From NCBI GenBank assembly GCA_034520945.1, contig JAXHNB010000009.1, positions 128,001-192,000 on the forward strand: a DNA stretch of 64,000 bases. Direction: 5' to 3'. Below are positions 37,568 through 46,832 of this stretch, piece by piece. Made by a program: the position numbers and the translations under genes. Source of the DNA: Trueperaceae bacterium. GTDB taxonomy: Bacteria; Deinococcota; Deinococci; Deinococcales; Trueperaceae. How positions within the stretch are numbered: position 1 is the first letter of the stretch; the number at the start of each line of letters is the position of its first letter. A model generated the notes under the pieces. The model had not been told where the DNA came from. It saw only the letters and a list, made by a program, of their open reading frames with translations, and searched no databases.

Positions 37568-38818
37568 TCAACTCCGCTCGAACACGGTGGCGTTGGCCAT
37601 CCCGCCGCCCTCGCACATCACCTGCACCCCCAGCGCGCCGCCGCGGTCGCTCAACGCGTGCAGCAGCGTGGTACTGAGCTTCGCGCCCGACGCGCCGAGC
37701 GGGTGCCCGTTGGCGATGGCGCCGCCCCGCACGTTCACACGCGCGGGGTCGGCCCCGGTCTCCGCCAGCCAGGCCAGCACCACCGGCGCGAACGCCTCGT
37801 TCACCTCGAACAGGTCGACGTCATGGACGTCCAGCCCGGCACGGGCCAGCACGCGGCGGGTGGCCGGGATCACGCCGGTCAGGTTCAGAATCGGATCGCT
37901 GCCGACCGCCACGGAGGCGCGCACGCGGGCCAGCGGCGTGCGGCCTTCGGCCTGCGCGCGCTCGCGCGACATGACGAGCAGGGCCGCCGCGCCGTCGGCC
38001 AGTTGCGAGGCGTTGCCGGCGTGCACGCGCCACTGCGCCTCGGGGAAGCGCCGTTCCCAGTGCGCCTCTCGGAAGGCGGGTTCCAGGGAGGCCAGCGCCT
38101 CGGGGGTGGTCTCGGGGCGGACGCCCTCGTCGCCCCTCAGCATGTCGCCGGTCGGCCCGTCGCCCCGGTCCACCGCCAGGGGGAGAAGCTCTGCCTCGAC
38201 GGCGCCCGACGCGGCCGCGGCCGCCGCCCGCCGGTGCGAGCCGGCGGCCCAGGCGTCCAGCTCCGCGCGCCCCAAATCCCAGCGGGCGGCGATCAGCTCG
38301 GCCGAGACGCCCTGCGGCACCAGGCCACCCGGGTAGCGTTCCGCGATGCGTGGGCCGTAGGGGTCGGCCCCGGCCGCGGCGGAGCCCATCGGCACGCGGG
38401 ACATCGACTCGACGCCGCCGACCAGCACCGCGTCCTGGTCGCCGGCCCGGATCGCCTGCGCGGCGAACGCCAACGCCTGTTGCGAGGACCCGCACTGGCG
38501 GTCGAGGGTGGCGGCCGGCACCGCTTCGGGCAGCCCCGCCGCAAGCGCCGCGTTGCGCGCCAGGTTGAACGACTGCTCGCCCGCCTGCCCCACGCACCCG
38601 ACCAGCACGTCGTCCAGGGCGGCGTCCCGGCCGTCCGGGGCGTAGCCGGCCCGCGCAAGCGCGGCGCGCAGCGCCTCGGCGGCGAGGTCGACGGGGTGCC
38701 AGCCGTGCAGCGCGCCGCCGGGCTTGTCGCGCCGGGCGGGACGGCCCTTGGCGGTGGGGGTCCGCACGGCGGAGACCAGCACGGCGTCGCGCGACCCGGG
38801 GGGAGGAACGGCGCTCAT
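37568..38818 (-). CDS. Thiolase (acetyl-CoA C-acyltransferase)
   Basis: AVRTP, DRQCGSSQQA, NEAFA, GHPLGASG, MCEGGG. Confidence 0.95.
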   Translation of the reverse strand: MSAVPPPGSRDAVLVSAVRTPTAKGRPARRDKPGGALHGWHPVDLAAEALRAALARAGYAPDGRDAALDDVLVGCVGQAGEQSFNLARNAALAAGLPEAVPAATLDRQCGSSQQALAFAAQAIRAGDQDAVLVGGVESMSRVPMGSAAAGADPYGPRIAERYPGGLVPQGVSAELIAARWDLGRAELDAWAAGSHRRAAAAAASGAVEAELLPLAVDRGDGPTGDMLRGDEGVRPETTPEALASLEPAFREAHWERRFPEAQWRVHAGNASQLADGAAALLVMSRERAQAEGRTPLARVRASVAVGSDPILNLTGVIPATRRVLARAGLDVHDVDLFEVNEAFAPVVLAWLAETGADPARVNVRGGAIANGHPLGASGAKLSTTLLHALSDRGGALGVQVMCEGGGMANATVFERS

Positions 38819-40125
38819 GGTGCCGCCCCGCCGTCCACGCGCCGCAGGCCACACCAGCCGGCCATGAAGCGGGCCAGCACCCGGGTCACCTGGTGCACGC
38901 TCTCCAGGTCGACCGACTCGTCGAGCCCGTGGATGGCGCGGGCCTCCGGGCCGTAGCAGGTGGTGGGAATGCCGTGATGGCCCAGGATCCGCGCGTCGGT
39001 GGTGGCGGTGCTGGCCAGCGCCTCGGGCGTGCCGCCCACGGTCCGGCGGTGCGCCTCCGCCAGCGCCGGCAGCGGCGGCGCGTCCCAGGCGATGGTGTAG
39101 GGCTCGGCGTGGAACCCGACCCACGCCAGGGTGGGCGGCTGGTGGCGCAGCACCGGGTGGTCGGCCGCGAACGCGGCGATCCGCTCGGTGACGGTGCGCT
39201 TCATCTCGTCCGCGGAGGTGCCCGGGTAGAGCCCGACCCGCATTTCGAAGGTGCAGGAGGCCGGCACGGAGGAGGGCCACTCACCCCCCTCGATGCGTCC
39301 GACGTTGAAGTTGATGGGGTGCACCGCGTCGCGGTACGCCTCGGGCCGCGCCTCGGGCCGGTTCATGTCGGCCTCGAGGGTGCGCAGGTCGTCGATGACC
39401 GCCCAGGCCAGTTGGATGGCGTCCGCGCCGGCGGTCGCCTCCAGCACGTGCGTCGGCCGGCCCTGCACGGTGACGCGAAGCCACAGCACGCCCAGTTGCG
39501 CAATCAGAAGCGTGTGGTCGAACGGCTCGGGAATCACGGCGGCGTCGGCGCGGTAGCCGCGCTGGACCGTGGCCAACGCCCCGTTGCCGCTGCATTCCTC
39601 CTCGATCACGCTTTGCAGCGTGACGTCGGCGGCGGGTGCGAAGCCGGCGTGGCGCAGCGCGCGGTAGGCGAACAGGTTGGCGGCCAACCCGGCCTTCATG
39701 TCGCCCGCGCCGCGACCGTACATGCGGCCCTCACGCACGACCGGCTCGAACGGCGGCGTGCGCCACGCCGCCTCGGGCCCGGCCGGCACCACGTCCACGT
39801 GCCCGTTCAGGATCAGTGAGCGCCCCGCGGGCGAAGGGGCACGGTGCACGCCCACCACCAGCGGGCGTTCCTCACTGGCCCAGTCCACCGGCGAGTAGCC
39901 CGCCATGTCGCGCAGGTCGTCCCAGCGGGCGTCCCAGGCGTCCACCTCCAGGCCGGCGCCTTCGAACGCGTCGGCCATGCGGCGCTGAATGCCGGCCTCC
40001 TGCCCCAGCACGCTGGGGAAGCGCACCAGCTCGGTCAGGAAGGCGGTGCGCTCCTCGCGCAGCTCCTCCACCGCCTGGTCCACGTCGGCGAGGGCCGCCT
40101 CGTCGACCCGTGTCGCGTCAGCCAT
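38815..40125 (-). CDS. ArgE/DapE-family (M20) deacylase, YodQ-like
   Basis: LNGHVDVVP, YGRGAGDMKAG, IEEECSG, IHGLDE. Confidence 0.9.
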   Translation of the reverse strand: MADATRVDEAALADVDQAVEELREERTAFLTELVRFPSVLGQEAGIQRRMADAFEGAGLEVDAWDARWDDLRDMAGYSPVDWASEERPLVVGVHRAPSPAGRSLILNGHVDVVPAGPEAAWRTPPFEPVVREGRMYGRGAGDMKAGLAANLFAYRALRHAGFAPAADVTLQSVIEEECSGNGALATVQRGYRADAAVIPEPFDHTLLIAQLGVLWLRVTVQGRPTHVLEATAGADAIQLAWAVIDDLRTLEADMNRPEARPEAYRDAVHPINFNVGRIEGGEWPSSVPASCTFEMRVGLYPGTSADEMKRTVTERIAAFAADHPVLRHQPPTLAWVGFHAEPYTIAWDAPPLPALAEAHRRTVGGTPEALASTATTDARILGHHGIPTTCYGPEARAIHGLDESVDLESVHQVTRVLARFMAGWCGLRRVDGGAAP

Positions 40126-40828
40126 CGTGCGCTCCTTCCTCTGAAGATTCGGCGCGCGCGCCGCGCCAGGGGCACACCTCCGAGGCGTCGACCTCGGCGC
40201 CGGTGGCGGCCCGGAGCTCCTCCAACGTGATCCCGGGCGCGAGCTCGAGAAGCCGGAAGCGGTCGCCGGCGGGCGCCAGCACCGCCCGCTCCGTGACGAT
40301 GCGCGTCACCGCGGCCCGGGCGGTGCGCGGCAGCGTGCAGCGCTCGACCAGCTTGGGCGCGCCGTTCCGGTCGGTGTGTAGGGTGGTGATGATCACGCGC
40401 GGCACCTTCTGCGCCAGCTCCATCGCCCCGCCGACGCCGGGCGCGGCGCGGCCGGGCACGCGCCAGTTGGCCAGGTCGCCCCGGACGTCCACCTCGAACG
40501 CGCCGAGGATGCACACCCCGACCCGCCCGCCGCGCACCAGCGCGAACGAGGTGACGCTGTCCAGGTAGGCCGCGCCCGGAAGGACCGTGACGTACCGGCC
40601 GCCGGCGTCGATCAGGTCGGGGTCCTCGGCGCCGGGCGCGGCGGCCGGGCCCATGCCCAGGATGCCGTTCTCGGCGTGGACACGGACCGTACCGTCCTGC
40701 GGCAGGTGCGCGCCGACCTCGGTCGGCAGCCCGATGCCGAGGTTCACCACATTGCCGGACGCGACCTCCAACGCGGCGCGGGCGGCGATGCGCGCGCGGG
40801 CGGCGGCGCGCGAATCGGGCGGGGTCAC
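40118..40828 (-). CDS. 3-oxoacid CoA-transferase subunit B (YodR-like)
   Basis: VNLGIGLPT, AENGILG (catalytic Glu), GDLANW, GVGGAMEL. Confidence 0.92.
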   Translation of the reverse strand: MTPPDSRAAARARIAARAALEVASGNVVNLGIGLPTEVGAHLPQDGTVRVHAENGILGMGPAAAPGAEDPDLIDAGGRYVTVLPGAAYLDSVTSFALVRGGRVGVCILGAFEVDVRGDLANWRVPGRAAPGVGGAMELAQKVPRVIITTLHTDRNGAPKLVERCTLPRTARAAVTRIVTERAVLAPAGDRFRLLELAPGITLEELRAATGAEVDASEVCPWRGARAESSEEGAHDG

Positions 40829-41550
40829 GGCCGCTCCCCGCGCCGGATGCGGGCGGCCTTGGTGCCGGGGTCGAAGCCCTCCGGCACCGCAATCACCGCG
40901 TCCACGAACGCGCCGGGGGTTACCACGTGATCGGGATCCAACGGCTCGTCGGACAACGCGTCCACCTCGACCCACACCCGCTCGGCGGCCGTCGCCATCA
41001 GCGGCGCGAAGTTGCGAGCCGTGGCGCGGTAGCTCAGGTTGCCGGCGCGATCGCCGCGGTGCGCGTGGACCAGGGCCACGTCGGCCCGCATCGCCGGCTC
41101 GATCGTGAACGTGCGGCCGCGCCAGGTCACGACCTCGCGCGGCTCCGGCGTGTCCGGCAGCAACTCCGGATCCAGGTCGCCGAGGAAGGCCGGTAGACCC
41201 GCCCCGCCGCAACGGATGCGTTCGGCCAGCACCCCCTGCGGGTGGATCTCCACCTCGATGCGTCCTTCGTTCCAGGCGGCCACCGCCTCGCGGTTGAGGC
41301 CGATGTGCGACGCGATCAGGCGACGAATGCGCCCCTCGGCCAGCAGGCGCCCCACCCCCATGCCGGGCTCGTTGGCGTCGTTCTTGATGACGGTGAGATC
41401 CCCCCCGCCGAAGCGCGCCAGGGCGTCCAGGAGCAGGAACGGCGTGCCCGGCTCGCCGAACCCGGAGACCATGACCCGAGCGCCATCGGGGACCTCGCGG
41501 GCCAGCGCCTCCGCCTGCGCCTGCGCCTGCTCGGCCGCCGCCGTGATCAC
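40825..41550 (-). CDS. 3-oxoacid CoA-transferase subunit A (YodS-like)
   Basis: DGARVMVSGFG...GTP, PQGVLAERIRCGGAG, ARNFAPLMA. Confidence 0.92.
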   Translation of the reverse strand: MITAAAEQAQAQAEALAREVPDGARVMVSGFGEPGTPFLLLDALARFGGGDLTVIKNDANEPGMGVGRLLAEGRIRRLIASHIGLNREAVAAWNEGRIEVEIHPQGVLAERIRCGGAGLPAFLGDLDPELLPDTPEPREVVTWRGRTFTIEPAMRADVALVHAHRGDRAGNLSYRATARNFAPLMATAAERVWVEVDALSDEPLDPDHVVTPGAFVDAVIAVPEGFDPGTKAARIRRGERP

Positions 41551-42890
41551 GCGGCAACCCCGAGGTCGGCCTCGGCCCGCGCCAGGGTGCGGTCCAAGCG
41601 CGCCAACAGCTCCTCCACCTCGTGCTCCGCGATGGTGAGGGGGGGCGCCACCAGCACGTGGTCGCCCGACAGCCCGCCGCCACCCCGGCGCGGGTACAAC
41701 AACAGGCCCTCCTCCGCCGCCGCCAGCGTGACGCGTTGCGCCACGTTCTGAGAGAACGGAAACGGGGCGCGCCCTGTGCGGTCGGCGACGAACTCCAGGC
41801 CCCACAGCATCCCCTTGCCGCGCACGTCGCCGATCATGGGATGCCGGTCGGCCAGGTGGCGCAGGGACCGCCCCAATTCCTCGCCCACCGTGGCGGCGCG
41901 AATGATCAGCCCCTCCTGCTCGATCACCTCGAAGACGGCCAGCCCCACGGCGCACGACAGCGGGTTGCCGGCGTAGGAGAAGCCGTGCGGGAAACTGCCG
42001 GCGTCCAGCACCGTCTCCGCCATCTCGTCACGGCACACCACCGCCCCCAGCGGGGTGTAGCCCGCACCCAGCCCCTTCGACAACGCCAGGATGTCGGGCT
42101 GCGCATCCGGCTCCCAGTGCTGGTAGGCGCAATACGCGCCGGTGCGGGCCGAGCCGGTCATGACCTCGTCGTAGATCAGCAGAATGCCGTGCCGGCGCGC
42201 GATCTCGGTGATCTTCGCGAAGTAGTCATCGGGCGGCACGGTCGCGCCGGTGGCGGCGCCGCCGATCGGTTCCAGCACGAAGGCGGCGACGGTGGACGGG
42301 TCCAGCGATTGCAGGACGCGCTCCAGGTCCTCGGCGCAGGCGAGCCCGCACGACGGCCATTCGAGCCCGAACGGGCAGTGATAGCAGGTCGGCGCGGTGA
42401 CGTAGTTCGGCTCGACCATCATCGGGGCGTAGCCGTCGGTCAGCGGCCGATAGCCGGTCGCCGCCAGCGCGCCGAGGGTAGCGCCGTGATAGCTGGGGAA
42501 ACGGCTCACGATGCGGTAGCGGCGATCGTCGCCGCGGGCGGCGTGGTAGCTGCGGGCCAGCTTGATCGCCGTCTCGACCGCCTCGGAGCCGCCGGAGACG
42601 AAGAACACGCGGTCCAGGCCTTGGGAGAGCTGCGCGCCCAGGCGTGCGGCGAAGGTGCGGGCCGGCTCGTTCTCGAACTGGGTGCGGTACGCGAAGGTGA
42701 CCTTCTCGGCCTGGCGTCGCATCGCGTCCAACACATGGGGGTGGGCGTGCCCTACGGTGGCGACCACCGCCCCGGAGCAGCCGTCGAGGTAGCGACGACC
42801 GTCCTGGTCGATCAGCCACACGCCCTCGCCGCGATCGACGGTGGGGAGGGCGGCACGCGTCTGATAGAAGAGGGGGTTCCGTGCGGACAT
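41547..42890 (-). CDS. Class III PLP aminotransferase (YodT-like)
   Basis: YLDGCSGA, SGGSEAVETA, SYHGATLGAL, EPIGGAATG, DEVMTG, LSKGLGAGYTPL. Confidence 0.92.
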   Translation of the reverse strand: MSARNPLFYQTRAALPTVDRGEGVWLIDQDGRRYLDGCSGAVVATVGHAHPHVLDAMRRQAEKVTFAYRTQFENEPARTFAARLGAQLSQGLDRVFFVSGGSEAVETAIKLARSYHAARGDDRRYRIVSRFPSYHGATLGALAATGYRPLTDGYAPMMVEPNYVTAPTCYHCPFGLEWPSCGLACAEDLERVLQSLDPSTVAAFVLEPIGGAATGATVPPDDYFAKITEIARRHGILLIYDEVMTGSARTGAYCAYQHWEPDAQPDILALSKGLGAGYTPLGAVVCRDEMAETVLDAGSFPHGFSYAGNPLSCAVGLAVFEVIEQEGLIIRAATVGEELGRSLRHLADRHPMIGDVRGKGMLWGLEFVADRTGRAPFPFSQNVAQRVTLAAAEEGLLLYPRRGGGGLSGDHVLVAPPLTIAEHEVEELLARLDRTLARAEADLGVAA

Positions 42891-43081
42891 GCCCGCACTC
42901 TACGGCCTCGTACGGTCGGCGGGGCAAGGGGCGTCGGCGCGGCGTCCGTTCGCGACCCGGCCGGCGTATGCGCCCGCGTACGCTCGGCCGGGGAGGTAGG
43001 GGCGCCCGACCGGAACTTCGGGGTCTACAGCGCGTTCGTGTCGGGCGACCAGTGGGTGGGGCCGGTGGTCGCCGGCGCACG

Positions 43082-43112
43082 AAAAACAGGCGCCCGGTCG
43101 GAACCGGACGCC
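43082..43112 (-). terminator. Intrinsic terminator after the cold-shock gene
   Basis: GGCGTCCGGT-TCCG-ACCGGGCGCC followed by TGTTTTT on the minus strand. Confidence 0.75.
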
Positions 43113-43136
43113 CGCAGATTCAGCTGGCGCTTTCGT

Positions 43137-43376
43137 TCAGAAACGAGAGCTGCCGCCGCCAGCGGGGGCTTGGCGCGTCACGGAGACGTTCGACGCTTGC
43201 AGGCCCTTCTGGCCCTGCTCGACGTCGAATTCGACCTCGTCGCCTTCGTTGAGGTTGCGGTACCCGGATCCCTCGATCGCTGAGAAATGGACGAATACGT
43301 CCGAGGATCCGTCAGCCTGCTCGATGAAGCCGTAGCCCTTCTCGCTGCTGAACCACTTGACTTTGCCTGTTGCCAT
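43137..43376 (-). CDS. cspA: Cold-shock protein
   Basis: [18 protein letters not shown]...DVFVHFSAI. Confidence 0.95.
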   Translation of the reverse strand: MATGKVKWFSSEKGYGFIEQADGSSDVFVHFSAIEGSGYRNLNEGDEVEFDVEQGQKGLQASNVSVTRQAPAGGGSSRF

Positions 43377-43499
43377 GTTCAGTATCCTTACCTGCTTGCC
43401 ACGCGGAGCGTGGCGACGCTCACGTGCCGGGCGAAGACCCGGCGTCTTGCTCCGAAGATGTTCCGGAACATGGATAGGATACGCCACCAGCGGCCCCGT

Positions 43500-44852
43500 T
43501 GTCACGTGGGCGCATTGACTCAAATAGAATCGTACCGAAGGGGTCTTGGATGACTCATAAGTAATTCCGACCGTGGAGGTTGTGTCGTGAAAAAAAACGG
43601 GTGGGTTGTCCGTGACCAGCAGACGTGAGTACGTGAAGACCATGCGGAAGCGGTATGGGGCGGCGGTCGGCCGCAGGGAGCGCAGCGACCTGCTCGACGA
43701 GCTGGTGAACGTGGCGGGCTACACCCGGAAGCACGCGATCAGCCTGATGAACCAGCGCGAGCCGAGGAAGGCCACGAGTCGGGGAAGCGGACGGGTCGGC
43801 CGCGCGCGTACCGGCACTGCCTGGCGGCCGTGGAGGTCCTCTGGGAGACGCTGGACTACTGCTGCGCACAACGCTTGCACCCGCAGCTCGTGCCGCTCGC
43901 TGAGACCCTCGCGCGGCACGGCGAGCTCGAACTGCCGCGCGAGGTGCGCGAGGAACTCGCCCTGATCAGCCGCGCGACGCTGGCGCGCCGGTTGCGGGAG
44001 TTGCCTCGCCGGAAGCCGAAACCGCTGCTGTCCGGGCAGCACCCGAGTCGGCTTTTGAAGTCGCAGGTGCCGGTCGATCGCTACCGCTGGAACGAACACC
44101 GGCCCGGCGCGCTCGAGGTGGACCTGGTGGAGCACAGCGGGGGTCGTGCGGGCGGTCACCACGCCTACACGCTGTCCGTCGTCGATGTCGTCAGCGCCTG
44201 GAGTCACCGCCGCGCGGTGATGGGCAAGAGCCAAGCCGCCGTGCAGGAGGCCCTCACGGCCGTCCTGAGGGCCTGGCCGACGCGCGTGTGGGCGTTGCAC
44301 AGCGACAACGGCAGCGAGTTCCTCAGTGCTCACCTGATCCGTCACTGCGAGGCGACAGGCATCGCGTACCACCGCAGCCGGCCCTACCGGAAGAACGACA
44401 ACGCGCACGTGGAACAGAAGAACCGGCAACTCGTCCGCGAGATCGTCGGGTACGAACGGATCGACACGCCCACAGGCTTGCAGTGGCTGAACCGCATCTA
44501 CGACGTGCTCGACCCCTACGCCAACCTGTTCCTCCCCAGCCTCAAGGTCACCGAGAAAACCCGGCAGGGAAGCAAGGTCACCAAGCGCTACGACACCGCC
44601 CGCACGCCCCTGCAAAGGCTCCAAGAGAAGGACGCCCTCCTGCCGCACGCAACCGCGGAGCTCGCCCAGCAGCAACGAGAAACCAACCCCCTCCACCTCC
44701 GCCGCACCCTGGACAATCTCCAAGGCGAAGACCCCAACCACATGCCCCTCGCCGAAGCCGCCGACTGACCCCCCAGGGTACGAACCACATCTGAGTCACC
44801 CACCCCGCCCCCGGTACGATCTACTTCTGAGTTGACACGGTGGGGCCGTACA
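43500..44852 (+). mobile_element. Insertion sequence, rve/DDE type (ISNCY/IS481-like); exact ends uncertain
   Basis: Two TGACTCA-N-ACCG repeats at left (43516-43537, 43551-43573) and two inverted copies at right (44776-44798, 44812-44834); TGT/ACA candidates at 43500 and 44837 or 44852; no target duplication found. Confidence 0.8.
43587..44768 (+). pseudogene. DDE transposase/integrase with two homopolymer frameshifts
   Basis: [49 protein letters not shown]; frame breaks at A8 (43590-43597) and G4 (43781-43784). Confidence 0.85.
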
Positions 44853-44915
44853 TGAGCCCGCGTCCCCTCGGCACGCGCCGAGGCGCGGACCACGCCCACC
44901 CCATCAGGAGCCCCC

Positions 44916-46736
44916 ATGCACGACACCACCCCGCCCGCCCGCAGCGACGTGCCCACCTCCGAACGCTGGAACGACGCCGCCCTGTTCGCCGAACCCGCCG
45001 ATTGGGACGCGGCCGCCGACGCGCTGGAAGCACGCCTGGACGAGTTGCGCGCGTTCCAGGGCACCTTGGGCCGCGGGCCCGACCGGCTGGCCGACTGGCT
45101 GGCGCTGCTCGAAACCCTCGACGCCGAGCTGGGCCGCCTACGGGTGTATGCCACCATGGCGTCGAACGTCGACGCGTACGACGAGGAGGCGCGGGCCCGC
45201 GCCGAACGGGTCAAGGCGTTGGACGCCGAGCTGCGCGAAGCGAGCGCCTTCGCAGAGCCGGAACTGGTGGCGTTGGGCCTCGACCGGGTGCGCGGCTGGA
45301 TCCAAGCCGACCCTCGCCTGCAGGACCGCGAGCGGTGGTTGCAACGCCTGGAGCGAGACGCGCCCTACCTGCGCAGCCCCGAGATCGAGGCCCTGCTGGG
45401 CGCACTGCGTGCACCGTTCTCGGGCGCGCCCACCAGTCACGGCCTCCTGGCCAACGCCGAACTGGACGTCCCGCCCGCCCGGGACGCGGAGGGACGGACG
45501 CACGAGGTCACGCAGTCCACGGTCGACGCGTTGAAGGCAAGCCAGGACCGTGCGCTCCGCCGGGACGCCTGGTCGAACTACGCCGACGCACACCTGGCCC
45601 GCAAACGCACCATGGCCAGCCTGCTGGTCACCGGCGCACGGCAGAACAACCTGCTGGCGCGCACCCGCGGCCACGGCGACGCCCTCGACCACGCCCTCAC
45701 CCCGCTGGAGGTGCCGCGCAGCGTGGTCGACGCGCTTCTGGACACCTTTCAGCGCCAGCTGCCGGTCTGGCATCGCTACTTCGACGTCAAGCGCCGGCAC
45801 CTCGGCCTGGAGACGTTGCGGCCGTGGGACATCGATGCGCCCGCGACGCCCGCGACACCGCACGTGCCCTATGAGACTGGCGTGGCGTGGATCGCCGAGG
45901 CGCTGGCGCCGCTGGGCCCGGCGTACGTGCAGGCGTTGCGCCGCGGGGCGCTGGAGGAGCGCTGGGTGGACCGCGCCCCGAACGCCGGCAAGCGCATGGG
46001 CGCGTTCAGCACGGGTTGGGCGGGCACGCCGCCCTACGTGATGATGAGCTACACCCATGATCTGCACTCGACCAGCACCCTGGCGCACGAACTGGGTCAC
46101 GCCATGCACTCCTACCTGTCCTGGCGGGCGCAACCCTACCCGTACGCCCGCTACACGCTGTTCGCGGCCGAGGTGGCCAGCAATTTCATGCAGGCGATGC
46201 TGCGGGACCACCTGTTCCGTGCGCACGCCGGCGACCGTGACTTCGAGCTGGCGTTGATCGACGAGACCATGGCCAACTTCGGGCGGTACTTCCTGATCAT
46301 GCCGACGCTGATGCGGTTCGAGCTCGAGCTGCACCGGCGCGCCGCCCGCGAGGAGGGGACGTCGGCCGACGACCTCTCCAACCTGTTAGCCGACCTGTTC
46401 GCAGCGGCCTACGGCCCGTCCGTGGACATGGACCGCGAGCGGGTCGGGATCACCTGGGCGCAGTTCCACACCCACCTGTACGCCCGCTTCTACGTGTTCC
46501 AGTACGCGACCGGCATCGCGGGTGCGCACGCCTTCGCGCGCCGCATCCTGGACGGCGAAGCGGGCGCGGCGGAGGCCTACCTGGACTTCCTGAAGGAGGG
46601 CGGACGCAGCGACCCGCTGACGGCGATGCGCCGCGCCGGTGTCGACCTGGCGTCGCCCGAGCCGGTCGAGGCGGCGTTCGGGGTTCTGGAACGCCACGTG
46701 GACAGGTTCGAGGCGCTGGTGGACCAGGAGGGCTAG
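44916..46736 (+). CDS. pepF: Oligoendopeptidase F (M3B)
   Basis: GKRMGAFS, TLAHELGHAMHS, AEVASNF, FYVFQYATG. Confidence 0.93.
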   Translation: MHDTTPPARSDVPTSERWNDAALFAEPADWDAAADALEARLDELRAFQGTLGRGPDRLADWLALLETLDAELGRLRVYATMASNVDAYDEEARARAERVKALDAELREASAFAEPELVALGLDRVRGWIQADPRLQDRERWLQRLERDAPYLRSPEIEALLGALRAPFSGAPTSHGLLANAELDVPPARDAEGRTHEVTQSTVDALKASQDRALRRDAWSNYADAHLARKRTMASLLVTGARQNNLLARTRGHGDALDHALTPLEVPRSVVDALLDTFQRQLPVWHRYFDVKRRHLGLETLRPWDIDAPATPATPHVPYETGVAWIAEALAPLGPAYVQALRRGALEERWVDRAPNAGKRMGAFSTGWAGTPPYVMMSYTHDLHSTSTLAHELGHAMHSYLSWRAQPYPYARYTLFAAEVASNFMQAMLRDHLFRAHAGDRDFELALIDETMANFGRYFLIMPTLMRFELELHRRAAREEGTSADDLSNLLADLFAAAYGPSVDMDRERVGITWAQFHTHLYARFYVFQYATGIAGAHAFARRILDGEAGAAEAYLDFLKEGGRSDPLTAMRRAGVDLASPEPVEAAFGVLERHVDRFEALVDQEG

Positions 46737-46832
46737 TTCGCCCGAAACCCGGGCACCGGCCCGCTCACCGGCCGGTACGACCGGGTCGAAACGCCATGGA
46801 CAGCCTGGCCCGCGGCGGCGTAGGCTACCGGC

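Noticed and set aside
43516..44834. Repeated 22-23-mers as a CRISPR array
   Set aside because: There are only two degenerate copies per side, inverted around a transposase, so they are IS ends
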